Of a stretch of 64,000 bases of DNA, positions 11,827 through 25,171 are shown piece after piece; the stretch's first letter is position 1, and the number at the start of each line of letters is the position of its first letter. Source of the stretch: Felis catus. Lineage: Eukaryota. Under the pieces are notes generated by a model that saw nothing but the letters and a program-made list of their open reading frames with translations, was not told the DNA's origin and made no database searches. The stretch covers positions 20,152,001 through 20,216,000 of the forward strand of contig NC_058368.1 of assembly GCF_018350175.1 (NCBI RefSeq), read 5' to 3'. The position numbers and the translations under genes are program-made.

Positions 11827-13179
11827 GACTACGGGAAGAAATGTACTTGTCACCCCTGAAGGGTCACAAAAGGAGACTTGGCTTGGCTCTGAAAACCCCA
11901 GTGACCTCCTGTCAACCTACCCACCAAGCTCGGGACTCTGCTGGCCACTGGATGACATGGCCGGACAGGCGTGTGGCCAAGCTGCTTCGGTACGATTACG
12001 CCAAGGAGACGCTGACAGATTGCAGACACACTTAGGTGGCCCTGAACCCTGAGGTCTGGAGAGGGAGCTCCCAGACAACGACACCGGGCCGTGGCAGGCC
12101 ACTGCCGTGGCCGGGATTCCTGTGGAGGCTGTGCCGCTGTGATCTCTTCTTTACCTGCGCGTCATCCGTGTGGCCTGAGCCGACCACATCAGAAATGTCT
12201 GCTGCTGCTCACACCGGGGCCACGATCTGAGCAAAAATCACGAGCCACTTGAGAAGCTGTGCAGGGGTGTGTGAGTTGGGGTGAGAATGGCCAGGCGGGG
12301 GTGGGGGAGGGAGGCGGGGAACGTGGCAAGTCTTGAAGCTGTGGCTTTAGACAAATTCTGCCTGAAGGAGGGGTTGGGGCTGGGGCACAGGGCTGTGGGG
12401 TCCCCGAGCAGACCCTGAGGACTCCAGGGAAGAGGCAGGGAGCAGGATGCCACACGGATACATCAACACAATGATTATTTTGTGTTCAAATGGCCCAGTA
12501 AAGCGAATTATCACCCTTCTGGGGGGGGGGGCAGTGGAGGGAGAAGGGAGAAGAGGTAGGGTGAGGGGTGAAGAGAGCAAGCGCTCAACCACTCAGTGCT
12601 TCAGCTTTGAAGCCTTCTGTGAGAGCTCTACCATCAAAAGCCGCCCTTGGCACGGTGGTGTGTGGGGTTTGTGTCCTACACTGGGGGGGCCTGGCTCAGA
12701 GCGGCCCCCACTGTGCGTACCAAGGAGGCTGGCCTCCTTCTCGCAGCTTTGCCGCTGAGATGGGGCGGAGGCCCTGAAGAGGCAACGTGAGGGGGTGTCT
12801 TAAACGTGGAGACGGAATTCCCAGCACGCACGTCTGGGAAATTCGCCCCTTCGGGAGAGCAGGAGGTGAGAGGAGGTGGGGGGTGTGGGAGTGAGAGTTT
12901 ACAGCATTATCATTTCTGGTTCCAGCACAAGGGCGCCTTGGCGGTAACAGCGATGTGGTTGGGTTGGCAGAGGGGCGGAGGATGCGAGACCCTGCGAGTG
13001 CCAGGGAGGGGGCAGAGCAGAGAGACTTCAAATGCTGGTACCATTCTGGAACGGCTCTGGACGCACAAGCCAGAGACACAATGTTTTAGGAAGAGCGATG
13101 ACAGAAAAGCACAGATTCAGCCAATGCTCTGAGCCCAGCAAGCGACAGGCAGCAGTGCCTTCATGGTCATCGTGTCGGG

Positions 13180-13221
13180 CTGGGGGCTGGGGGCTGGGGG
13201 CTGGGGGCTGGGGGCTGGGGG
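13180..13221 (+). repeat. (CTGGGGG)6 G-rich tandem repeat
   Basis: Six perfect 7-mers read directly. Confidence 0.95.
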
Positions 13222-14706
13222 TGCTTGGTGGCAGACACAAGGCAGACCCTGGGGAAGCCTCTGCGGGAGGCCGGGGGGCCGGTCTCTTGGAGGATGAGGA
13301 CCTGTCAGTCCTGCTGGCCCCTTAGCTGGGGGTGTGAGGGGTGGGGGCTTCAGGGGGCAAGTCAGGTCTATCACGAGGTTACACGTCTTGGGGAAAATGT
13401 AGCCCCTTAAAGGCCCGGTGCATTGTCTCTGAGAATATCCTCAGTCCAATCGCGCTCAAAGTGGGTTGTTCATGGAGAAGTGGGGAATTCCGTACGTGGC
13501 AGTCTCCCTAGAACCTCTTTGTTGGGTTTGACAATGTATATAATAATGGGACTGGTGATACACCTCAAGTGAAAACAAGAACCTAGGTTCAGACCGTCAA
13601 GGACTCGGAGGCCTCACGTACGAACATCAATTAGCCTAAACAGGGCTCAGGCATTTCTTTCCTTCCATAGGCTCAGGGGCCCCTGCAGCCAGCCAGAGAG
13701 GTGGGGGTGGAAGGCATATCCTGGGCTGGCCCATCTTACTTCCTGCTTTGGCCGTCACTCAGTCTCAGCCAGCACATCCAGTGGTCTCAGCTGGCAGAGA
13801 TTTTGGTCTTCGTCTTCCCCTGAGGCAGGAGTCCCTTATGGTCCCCTGTAGTCCACCGTCTCAGATCATGCCAAGGAGATTTAGGGAGTTGTCAGCACTC
13901 GCATGGTTTGGCATCGGGGACTATATGCCAAATGGGGAGCCTGGGCACACTGAGCTCGCTTCATGGTCTATTGGTTCACAGTTACATCGGCCATATTGGT
14001 CGTACCCCAAACTGCATAAGCCATGCCATCATTGGCTGTGTACATGCTTTGCAAATTGACTCAACTTACCAATATATTCCATAATTTTTCTGTACTACCC
14101 CAAACATGTTTATGACTTGGGGGTACAGCAGATGTTTATCTCCTTGGAAGGCAGTAGCTGTAGGCTTATTGGTAATGGAGGAATGATGTTTATAACTCTA
14201 ACTCCTTTGGAGAAAAACATGTTTACAAGCAAAGGAATGTTTTTGGTGGAAAAGCTTGTTTATCAGTTGTAAGCGCAGCGAACAGGTTTTTGTTTATATC
14301 TGTTAAAATAGAGGATGAGACATCCTTCATGAAAATTCATTTTACGTATCCTGGACTGGACAGTGGGTTACCCTCACCACCCATTGTTCGCCTCAATACA
14401 TATTTCGCTGCAGTTGCATTTTCCAGCCGGGTTTTCATTCTGGAAACAGCGTCGTGCTACTTTGGTTCGAGAACATGTCATTGAACAAAATGGTACCAAG
14501 AATACTTAGGAGAGTAATGGTGATCTGATCGTATTGGGTACTAATAGTTTGGGTTTGGGTTTTCTGGACACTGTACTCTGTGGGAATGTGGGAAGTTCTT
14601 TTTCATGGACAACTATATTCCCGATTCCAACAACAGCATCTGGCACATGGAAGGTGCTCCATACATATTTGTGGAATGAATGAATGAATGGGAGAATGAT
14701 TCTTTT

Positions 14707-14932
14707 TTGAAAGAATTTTTTAATGTTTTATTTATTTTTGAGAGAGAGAGAGAGAGAGACAGAGCTTGAGCGAGAGAGGGGCAAAGAGAAAGAGACACGC
14801 ACAGAATCCAAGGCAGGCTCCAGGCTCTGAGCTGTCATTATAGAGCCTGACGCAGAGCTCGAACTCAGGAACCGTGAGATCATGACCTGAGCCGAAGTCT
14901 GATGCTCAGCCGACTGAGTCACCCAGTCACCC
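14707..14932 (-). mobile_element. Can-SINE (SINEC_Fc-like) next to an L2 (TGAA)n tail
   Basis: TSD TGGGAGAATGATTCTTTT on both sides. tgaatgaatgaatg L2 tail immediately to the left. Confidence 0.9.
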
Positions 14933-17228
14933 TGGGAGAATGATTCTTTTAACAGACATCTTGTCCACCCACACCCCCCACTGCCAGGGAATTCAAAATA
15001 CTACATAAACCTTACCTTTTACTCAAAAACCTGTTTCTTATGTGATAAGAAGAACAGGTGTGTTAGCCATTACACAAATAAGAAAAAAAAAATCCTTCAA
15101 AAACTTTGCCTTTGGTTTTTTTAGGTGGATCCGTGGTAACGTAGGATCTCCTGGCTCCTTATCCCAGGCTCAGGGGGCTGGCCCACACAGCCAGGAAGGG
15201 AAGCTCTCGTCCCACACCAGCCGAAGGGCTCTGCATTCTGCCCATCATGTGGGGCAAACCAGTGTCCCTCCTGTATCTGTCAGGCCTGTGGCTTGTCCTG
15301 ATTCTGTAGAGGGGGAGGGGCTTGTTGGCTTGTTGGGGTCGGGGGTGGGAGGTGCTGATGTCTGGTTTATAGACTCAGGTATGAACAGGGAGCCCAGAGT
15401 CAGAAATAAGGGGCCAGACAATGCTGGACTTCTTTCTCCGAAAGACACAGGAAGCTATCTGTGAGCCACAGTGCCACCAAAGGGACAGGAGCCACGACAC
15501 TGTGAGCAGAGTTTTGCCCTGTGGCCCCTCATACTGAGGCCATGAGCAGAATAACTGTCATAGGTCCCACAGCTTAATGCTGGTTCTGCCACGCTGCTGC
15601 TCACTAAGTCACTGGGCTCTAGTCTTTCTAATGTCGTTGAGCCTCAGTTTCCTAATCTGTAAGGCAGGAGTAATAAACCCACCTCAAGTGAGTTGTGAGT
15701 GTCTAAACGAAATAAAGTAAATGAAAGTAGTCTGCAAATCATGAAATCCTATACAGGTATATTATTGCTTTTAGTTAGATTTTTTTTTAGGAGAGCCAAC
15801 TTTTATCGACAGTTGCTGTGCTGAGCCTTTTACAAGCATTATCTCATTTAATCATTATAAGCACCTTGTCAGGGAAATGCCCCTCTTGGTCATGGCAGAA
15901 ATGTTTTAATAAAATAGGACAACGTAAAGAAAATAAAAAATACCTGTGATTCCACTGACCCAGTGATATTGTTAGTTGGTTACTTCAATGTTCCTCCCTT
16001 CCTCCGGAATGCCAAGGCTGGTCAGGTCAGGAAGAAGGGCTCGGGAAAGGTGTGTGTATGTGCGAGGCCTGCGCCCAGGTCTGCACGCTGGCCGCTGACT
16101 CTAGCGGCGGTTGAGGTGGGGTGGCTAGTGGCCGTCACGCCATCTCCTCGGAGGTCAGCCAGGCTCAGGCCATCAAAACAGGAAAAGGGTCAGGGCAGAA
16201 AAGCGGTCCCCATTTTTAGCTCTTACCATGTTCCAGGCATGGAGTAAGAGCCTTGTCTGTATCTCATTAATCTTTACGATGCCTAGAAGGCAGATGTGAG
16301 CTATGGTTCCCATTTTGTAGCTCAGAGTTGGAGACAGAGAGAGGTTATTGGCCCCAGGGCACTTCTAGGAGCCATCCGTGCCCAGAAGTAAACCTAAATG
16401 GACTAGCTTCCTGGCCCGTGAAGCCCTTCTAACTCCCAAGAAGAGTGCGGCCCGTTGACATCTGCTTTTGCCACCAGTCTGCTGGGATTTCTTCTCTTCA
16501 AGAGGGGTCTCGGTCTGGAGGGGCTTATCGGCAGGCAAAAGGAAAGAGATGTCTCTGACACGGTTGGTAGATTGCTGTTTCCCGGGCAGCCAGTTAGAGG
16601 CACCTGAACACACAAATGATAAATAATGTAGATTTGCTCATTTGTCAGGCACTGCCATTTGTTGAGTTGTGTGGTGTCAGGTACTTTTGTCCAAAGGGGG
16701 TGAATTCTAGAAGTCAGCTTCTTTCAGCACTAAATGAACTCCACCACAGGCTCAGGTCCCTAGTGATGTGGCCACTGGTGGCCAGAGACCTCTGTGGCTT
16801 TCTTCCATGTCATTCCGGCCAAAACACAGACAGTCCCACAGGATGCCTTCCAGGGCTGGCTGCTGGGGACGGCAGTCAACAACGGCGTGGATGTTTTGGA
16901 AAATTGGGAGAGGGGGTGTGGGTTATGGATGGTGGACTCAAAAAAATGCCCAACTCCAATCTTGAGCAAATTACTCACCTTGCTAAAGCCTTAGTTTCCT
17001 CAGTCTGTAAAATGGAGATAATATTGCCCACCTCCGAGATGGGTAGGAAGAATAAATGAAGGATTATACGAGGTCATGTACAGCTAGTGCTTAACACACA
17101 GAAGGTGGTTATAAGGCTTCGTTTGTAATACTAATACTAAAACTAATAATAGCTATTGTTTTGAGATGTGGAAAAATCATCAACCTACCCTCCCTCCATG
17201 TACACACTCAAAAAACCACCACCCACAC

Positions 17229-17658
17229 TGTATTCGTTTCCTAGGGCTGGTGTTAACAAAACACCACACATTCAGGGGCTTAGAATAACAGAAATTGATT
17301 GTCTCACAGTTCTGGAGGCTGGAAGTTGGAAATCAAGCAGTTAGCAGGTTTGAATCCTTCTAAAGGCTCTGAGGGAGAATCTGCTCCAAATGTCTCTCCT
17401 TGATTCTGGTGGTTGGTGGTAATCTCTGGCATTCCTTTGCTTATAGACACATCTCTGAGCTTTCTGCCTCTGTTGTCACATGGTCTTCTTGTAAAGACGC
17501 CAGTCATATTGGATTTAGGGCCCACCCTAGTTGAGTATAAGCTCATTTTAATTTGAATACATCTGCCAAGACCCTATTTCCAAACAAGGTCACATTCACA
17601 GGTACTGGGGTTAGGACTTCAACATATCTTTTTGGGGTACACAGTTCCAGCCACAACA
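17229..17658. mobile_element. MaLR solo LTR (MLT1C-like)
   Basis: TG...CA ends; ctcacagttctggaggctggaag; aaggtcacattcacaggtactgggg. Confidence 0.85.
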
Positions 17659-17845
17659 CCCATGTACCTCATGCTTAGAGAATCTTTTCAGTTTCTTCTT
17701 TTTTTTTTTTGCCATTATTTTCTAAGACTTCATTATGCGAACCCCAGGAGTTAGGTGACTTCATTTCTTTTGCTGAACTGCCATGTCTTTAGTCAAGATT
17801 GAAATGTTCCAGGTAGACTGTCTTATCTGTGGTTTTCACTTCAGT

Positions 17846-17952
17846 AGTTCAGTCATTGATTGACTGAATGAGGAGTTCATGGATTGACTCAATGAGGAGT
17901 CATTGATTGACTGAATGAATGAGTCAATGAGGAGTTCAGTCATGGATTCAAC
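17846..17952. repeat. Degenerate ~22-25 bp minisatellite at an L2 tail
   Basis: Repeated units (a)gtcattgattgactgaatgaggag / catggattgactcaatgaggag. Confidence 0.8.
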
Positions 17953-18468
17953 AAGTGAATTCTGAGGTCCTACTCTGTGCGAGACACCGGGATGGGTCTT
18001 GGGATCCGGAGTCAAATAAGGCACAATCCCTGGCCTCAAGCAGGTAGGCCTGGGGGCAGAGAGACAGGTGAAGAGTCAGATTTAAATACTGTGATACCGC
18101 ATGGCCCTTGCAGGGAGCTGGGAGACCAGAAAGGCCGAAGGTCCCCACAGGAGAAACATACTCTGCCCGGGGAGTGAAGGGCGGCCTGCAAAAGATCACT
18201 CCTGCAGGACTCAGGGGAACAGAAAAGGGAATTCCTGGCAGGGTGGCCAGCGTGGCAGAGGATGGAATGAGAAGAGGCAGGAAAAGTGGACAGCACCAGG
18301 CCCTCTCCAGAAAGCAGGTGTGGGAGGGGAGGGGAGAAGCATGGGGATGTGCACACTGGGACTCAGGAAGGTGCAGGGAGTCCCAGAAGTGGAGGCCGTT
18401 TTGCAGGAAGGTGGGATGGAGGGCTTGAGCCTGTTGCCCACAATCTACACTATGTTGTCCTAGGCAGG

Positions 18469-18991
18469 TGCATTAGCCAGTGTTCCCAGAGTAACAGAAC
18501 TGATAGGATGTGTGAGTGTGTATATATATAAAATCATTATAGGAAATTGGCTCACACAATTGTGGAGGCTGGCAAGTTGTCAGATCTGCGGTTGGCAAGC
18601 CAGAGAGCCGGGAGAGCCAATGTGTGGTTGCAGTCTGAGTCTGAAGGCCTGGGTACAAGGAGAGCTGATAGTGTAAGTTCCAGCCTGAAGGCTGGCAGGC
18701 TCGAGACCCCAAAACTGCTGATGGTTCAGTGTTAGTCCAAGGCCGGGAAAGACCACCTCAAGCAGTGAGGCAGGAGGAGGTCCCTCTCACTCAGCTTTTT
18801 TCTTCTATTCAGGCCTTCAACTGATTGGATGAGGCCCACCCCCCACTGGGGAGGGCAAATGGCCTTAGTCTGTCCATTCAAGTGCTAATCTCACCCCAAA
18901 ACACCTTCACAGACACACTGAGAAAGTCTGACCAAATATCTGGGTACCCCATGGCCCAGTCAAGTTGATACACAAAATTAACATCATAGCA
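18469..18991. mobile_element. ERVL solo LTR (MLT2-like)
   Basis: aacagaactgatagga, aggaaattggctcacacaattgtggaggctggcaag, caagttgatacacaaaattaac. Confidence 0.85.
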
Positions 18992-21239
18992 GGAAATGAC
19001 AACAGATCTCAATTTCTGAACCCTCCAGATCTTTCCCCATGCCTGTGTGGTTTGGGGGGCCAATCGACCCTGCTGTTAATTATTGTAAAGGCTGGGAAAG
19101 TAAACTAGTTTGGACAAGGGCAACACCTGCCATCACCAGGGAAGTGAGTCTACCCAGTGCAGGTAACCCCTCCACCCTATACGGACAGCTGTGTCCACAG
19201 CTCTGGGAGTCTGGACTGAGTGAGCTGAGTTCCAGAGGTGGTGGCCAGGACCCTATCTTCTGAAATGCCTGGAGGAGAGTAAGGCCAGCTAAGCCCACCG
19301 AATAGGAGAGCTTGCACCAGGCAATGCACTGGAGGGGAAGGAGCAGCTCGGTCTGGGATGCAAATTTATGCAAACTAGCAGGTGGGCCCGTGAGTCCTGG
19401 GATTTTTTTTTCCTACCACAAGAGCAACAGTGTTCTGATTCCTCACTGGTCTCTCCCGTTCTGTCTCTCCCGGGGTGCTCCCCGCTGTAGGCTCGAGCAG
19501 AGCTTCATTCAGTCTGGTCCAGGGAGGCAGCTGGGGCTGCCCAGAAGTGGCTGCGGAACTGGGTGGTGAGGGGAGTGGACATCTGGGCTGCCTCCTCTGC
19601 CAGGGTCCCTTTCTGGTAAGCGTGCAAGGTCTCTGCGTGCCCGAGAGGGTTGGGATGTGCGTGGGCAGGTTGGAAATGCCCCCCGTGTGCCAGATGCCAG
19701 CAGGCCTGGTGCGAGGATCACACAGTGAAAAAACAGGCGCATGCCCTAGAGAAAAATGTGGTTTAAGGGGAGGCAGACGTGCAAATAAACGCTCATGTTA
19801 AGTTCGAGAATAGTGCTGTGTTCAAAAGCAACGGGAAGACACATAAAGGAGCAAAGACTTATTTAATTATCACATCAACCTCAGGAGATAGGAATTATGG
19901 GCCCATTGTTACAGACGTGGAAACTGAGGTTAGAGAAATTCCCTCTCTTTCTCCCTTCCTCCTGCCTAACCTGCTTTCTCTCCGTCCCTGTCTCTCCTCT
20001 CCCTGCCCTCCCCCCATGCTCTTTTCTTTTTTTCCTTCCTTTTGTATTTCTTCCGTTAAACAAATATTTACTGAGCACCTCCCATATGCTAAGCACTGTG
20101 CCTTGCGCTGGGAGTCAGTAGGGAAACACAGTCCTTGTCTCCAGAGAGATTTACAGCACAGAGGGGACATAGTCAGGACACAGCATCAAAAGCAACATAA
20201 TTACTATCATGGTAGGAAGAGTAAAAGGCACAATGAGAGCATTACCTGGGAGTTCTCACCCAGTATGGAGTGTTGACCAAGGTCACCCAGCTGGCAAAGG
20301 TCAAGGCCCCTGTTGCCCCTCTCTCTAGTTTTGGGTCTTGCCCGATATGCGGTGAGGAAGGGGACACTGAAGCACTCCCTGGGTAAGTTGTGACCAGGTA
20401 CTTGCAGGGGTCACGATCTCCTGGACCCAGGACTGTGACTTTAGGGAAATGCCCAGCTGAATAGAGAAAGATTTTAATACTGGAGTGCGGGTTGCATTTA
20501 GCTGGCCTTAGCCCAGGGGCTCCAGAGACGCATCCTCAAGGACACAGCCACGTCTGCACCACTGTCACAGAGTGTGTCCTGTCTCCTAGCAAGTCCTGAG
20601 CACTCCAGGGTTGCACACCATGCTCCTTCGCATCTGTAAATTGAAAACAAACTGACCAGGAAAATTCTCTTATCTCAGAATCCCAGCCTTTTAGTGGAAA
20701 AGAGAGACCCGGAATTAGTTCACTGTAACCAAAATTCACTCATTCTCCTATTAATAAACCCCTAGATATTATCTTTTGAGCATCGATTTGGGACTAAGGC
20801 ACCAGGCTAGGTGCTGGAGAGAAAAAGAAACATCAAGATGTGGTGTGTCCCGTGGAGTCTGAGGGCGGGGGAGGCAGCGGGAACGTTAAGTTTCCAACTT
20901 CTGGTGGGTGCACTGACAGAGCTGGGCCTGGGGCCGCGGGAGCACAGCGAGGGCTGGCCGAGCATCAAGCAGGATTCGGGAGGGGATGCGGTGTTGGATA
21001 AGGCTGGGTGCTGTTTGGACAGGGGTCCTGCTTCCTTCCAGCAAAAGCACATTCCATCCCCAGAGCATCTGAGCAGCAGAGTCCCTTGGTCAGATCTGCA
21101 TGTGAGTTGGATAGGGTGAGAGCTGTGTGGAGGATGGACTTGGGACGGGAGAATCTATAGGTGACTACCCAGAAGGCTAATCCAGGAGCTGCAGGGGCAG
21201 GAGCGACGCCCCGTGGAAGCCAGCAGGAGGAATGATGGG

Positions 21240-21540
21240 TTCTGCCTTGAAGGTGGGGCGCCAGCCTTCCCCGAGGAGCTGCCGGGAAGGGTGGCGTTCG
21301 GGGGTGTGGGTGCGCGTATACCAAGCAGAGGGGAAGTCACGTGACTGCCGGCGTAAGCGCACACGGTGCGCTCTGCTTTGACTTCCGGAAGCCCTGCCGG
21401 CCAGCAGACCTCTACCAGGGTAATCGCAGAGCCCCCTCCACGGCCTGGCTAGCTCCATGAGGACGGTACCCTGGAAGCTGGGTTCGGACCACGTGACGGC
21501 CAAGGGCGCACACCTGACGCACACAGGCCTGCTGCTTTCT
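21240..21540. promoter_or_regulatory. CpG-rich promoter-like element with USF/MiT E-boxes and ETS sites
   Basis: AGTCACGTGACT 21335-21346, overlapping GGAAGT 21332-21337; CTTCCGGAAG 21382-21391; CACGTGAC 21490-21497; TGACG half-CRE; locally high CpG density. Confidence 0.7.
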
Positions 21541-23347
21541 CTCGCTGTGATTAGGACGGAGAGACTCAAAGGTGGGAGGTGGGAGCTGAGCCCCACATGG
21601 GGCGGAACATCAAAGGGAAGATTCTGAATCTCCAGCTATGCACCTGAGCCCTCAGGGTTCTCCTTTCCGAGCCCTAGTTATTCAACTCTCCTTAGAATTC
21701 TCTGGGATTAGCCTTCCAAAATATTCCTTTTTTCCCCCCTAAAGTGGGTTTTTGTTATGTACAACCAACATAACATTAGCTAGTACTCACTGGCCAAGGT
21801 GAATTTGCAAAGCAAAAATAATATACTTTTCAAAGCCAATTTCGGACACCTTTGTCTGCAAGTTGAATTAGCCAAATTATGTCTACATTCCTGCCCTTCT
21901 AAAATTTGCAGTTCTTCCAAGATCATCTGCTAATCTCAGCTTGGACATGGGCTGGCTTTCAGGATGGGCCAGCCTGGCAGCTGCCTTGAGACACGATGGA
22001 CCAGGGGCTAAGAGGCCTGTGCCAACCACCTGCTCTGCCAGGGGCCATGCATCCTGGCGTCAGCATCAGCGGGGCCTGGTTACCTCCAGAGTCTGGTCTG
22101 AGCCTGCCCAGCCAGTGGTTGGGTAGAAGGCATACAGGAGAAAGAAGCAGGCTGGGTAGGCCTCATCCCCATCAGGGTGACCATCTCTCAGCGAGTGTGA
22201 CCTAGACCCTGCCAGGACCAGAATTTGAAGGTCTTGTGTACTCAGGCCCAGTGACAAAGATCCGGCTGCATGCTTGTCTCTCCTGCCCTGCTTCTAAGAC
22301 ACATTTTCTGAATGCATTTTAGAAGTTCTTATTGGTCAGGAGGCAACATAAGCCTCTACCATAGAACACAGCAAGAAGCTGGAACGGGAACATTCCGGGT
22401 GCATTATAAATTTAATTAATTTGCCTGGGAATATCTCATTGCCTTCTCCCTCATATGAATGAAATCCACACGATTTCCAATCTGTTTCTATGGTTTCCTT
22501 CCTCTGTTCAGATACATTAATTAGCTTGTCAGTTCATTATGGACGTGGGTGCCTTTTATCCCCCTTCAAATCTGAGTCCATATTAATTTAGTTTTGATTT
22601 CAACAGTGTTTAAAAATAGAGCAAAATTATTTTGACTAGCATACAATCAGGCCTGTAGGTGTTTAAGGGGCTTGTCACACTAGTCTAGACTTCATTGCTT
22701 TTCTCTTTCCTGGGAGGGAGATGTGGCTGTGGTCTCCTGTTTTACTTTGCAGGAAGGGGAGTCGGCCTCAGTTTTCCCTATCATACTGAGTTTCACTGAA
22801 AACCCTTGACTCTTTGGCCTGCTGGGCAATCGCGAGCTCTAAAAATCATCAGGACTCTCCCGAGGGTAGGCGGAGGCAAATGTGTCTTCACAAAAAGAAA
22901 GATTGATTATGCCTTTTTTATTTGGTTGTTGAGAAGCATGAAAACCCAGACTCCCTCAACCTAAGACACGGGGGCCATCATTTAAGATTGTTCCAAAGAG
23001 CTGATGCTCTCAATCCAGTGCTCCCCTGGGGCTGCTCAGCCACTCCCTAGCTTGAGAGCAGTGGGCACGCTGCTCCCACCAGAGAGACTGCCATGGGGCT
23101 CACCCAGGCACAGGAGGGCCCTTGTGTCTCAGGCTCTTTGCTTTGTCTTACTCCCAGGACAGAAGTGCCCTAACCTGGCCGTACTTTTGAATCACCTGTC
23201 CTCGTAGAAAGTAGACGCCTGGGCCCCCGGCCAGCCCACATGAATCAGAATCTCTGGGGGTGGGGTCCAGTTGTTGGTGTTTGTAAATACCTAATGGGCA
23301 GCTGAGTCCAAGGAGCATTGGCCTCTCAAAGTCCTGGTAAAAAGTGG

Positions 23348-23805
23348 TGTCATGGGTTGAGCTGTGTCCCTCCCCAAAAGATATGTTGGAGTCCTACACC
23401 CCGGTGTCTCAGCACGTGACCTTATCTGGAGCTAGGGTCTTGGCAGAAGTAGTGAAGTAAAGAGAAGGTCAGTATGGTGGTCCTTAATCTAATCTGACTG
23501 GTGTCCTTACTACAAGGGGAGAGGTTAGGGACGGCACACACGGGGAGAACACCATGTGGAGATGAAGGCAGAGATCAGGGTGATGCTTCCACCAGCCACG
23601 GAATGTGAGGGTTGCAGGCAAACCCCAGGAGCTGAGAGAGAGGCAGGCTGCGAATACCTCCTCCCAGCTCTGTGAAGGAAGCCGCCTTGCCTATAGCTTG
23701 ATCTCAGCCTCCTGGCCTCCATGACCGTGAGATAACATATTTCTGTGATTCCAATTCACCCAGTTGTGGTACTTTGTTATGGCGGTGGCAGGAATCGAAG
23801 ACACA
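23348..23805. mobile_element. MaLR solo LTR (MLT1B/C-like)
   Basis: tgtcatgggttgagctgtgtcc...gtgaccttat...cagttgtggtactttgttatggc. Confidence 0.85.
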
Positions 23806-25129
23806 GGAACCTCACCTTCTGTTTGGAGGGGCCCAGCCCTGCCGGGAGCTGCTTTTGGAATCGCATTCTAAACCAGGTGGCATCCCTCACAGACACTGTC
23901 CCGCAAAACTGAGATCATCTGTGATCTGTTTGCCAAAACATCCAGGTAGACAGTAGGAAACTCAGTTTGCCATCGATCTGTTTGTTTTATATGTTGGGGA
24001 TAGAAGCAATGTAGGCTCTGGAGTTTTCACTTCTTACCTGATTTTGCCATTAGCGCTTCACGCCTGCCTCCCCCAACCCCCGTCAGCTGGAGTAACTGAG
24101 GTGAGGCACCTGTGAACCTGGCCCCACCTGGTTCTGAAGCCAGTGTTGGCCGGGCCAATAAATAGGAAGATTCCTCTCCCTCCCCAAGAGGGTGTGGTCT
24201 CAAGTTTGTCTCGCTACTGGGAGCTTGGCCGTGTTGCTAGCCTGAACCCTCATTTACTGAGGGCAGTGGGACGTAGAGCTGAAGACAGGAACCTGGGCGC
24301 CTTTGCTGGTTTCCGCCTGCTGACTGGGATCTTGGGCTGCTGCTCTCTCTCTCCAAGCCTCTCATTTCTCATCTACAAAACAAAGGTGAGGAAGAACTAC
24401 CCCTTGAGGTTGTGTTGAGGCTCACCCAAGATGCTATGCAGAAGGCGGTTGGCACAGAATAAGTCCTGGACTAATGGTGGCTACTGTTACCTTTAGCATC
24501 TCGCTTCTTTCTGTTATGTGCCCCCCCCCCCCCCCCCGTGCCTACAACTTCTGGCCCAGGCCCCTCTGAAGCCAATGCTATGTCTGAATCTTGCCACTGC
24601 CTGGTCTGAGTGCTGACCTTGCGCCCCATATCTGCCTGGGGCCCTCCCTGAACTCAGGCGGACCATAGAGGGCTACAGTGTCACCCCCTCATCGGACTTT
24701 AGGTATTTCTCCGGTCCAGGTGGGGCTGCCCAAAGCATGACAGTGGAGATGGGGCCCAGTTTTCTCCCACTTGGGGCGGTAGGTGTCTGCTCAGACTCCA
24801 GTCTGCTCTTGTTCAGACCTACCTTCCTCCTCCCCCAGGTCAGCTGCCCGAGGCCTCAACAGACGGTGTGAGCAAACTGCCTGCCTCGGGACACTGGCAT
24901 GTAACCAACATCAGGACTTTGGGAAACAACAGACTACACAAGTATAACTGTTTTCTATTTTGAACCCTCTTAGACCTTCATCTTTTCATTCTCTGTAGAG
25001 GAGGAAGGAGAAAGCAAAAACCCATCTGATTACAGAAACTGAAAAATGGATCTAAATCCACATGGCTCTCTTGGTGCCGTTACAGGCAAAATAGTGAATT
25101 TCAAAATGAGGTGAGCACTTCGATAAAAC

Positions 25130-25171
<42 letters not shown>

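Noticed and set aside
11994..12005. GATTACGCCAAG matches the lacZ-alpha/M13-reverse vector region
   Set aside because: Only 12 nt with no flanking vector sequence; chance match.
17846..17952. CRISPR-like repeat array
   Set aside because: Mammalian context, no unique spacers, no cas genes; ordinary minisatellite.
16365..21596. ORFs of 100-165 aa as novel genes or FAM124A exons
   Set aside because: No similarity to FAM124A or any family I recognise; many overlap MIR/L2/LTR sequence and begin at non-ATG codons.
24521..24537. Poly(C) run, and the (CA)n, (GA)n and (TTTA)n tracts elsewhere
   Set aside because: Ordinary simple repeats, mostly associated with retroelements.
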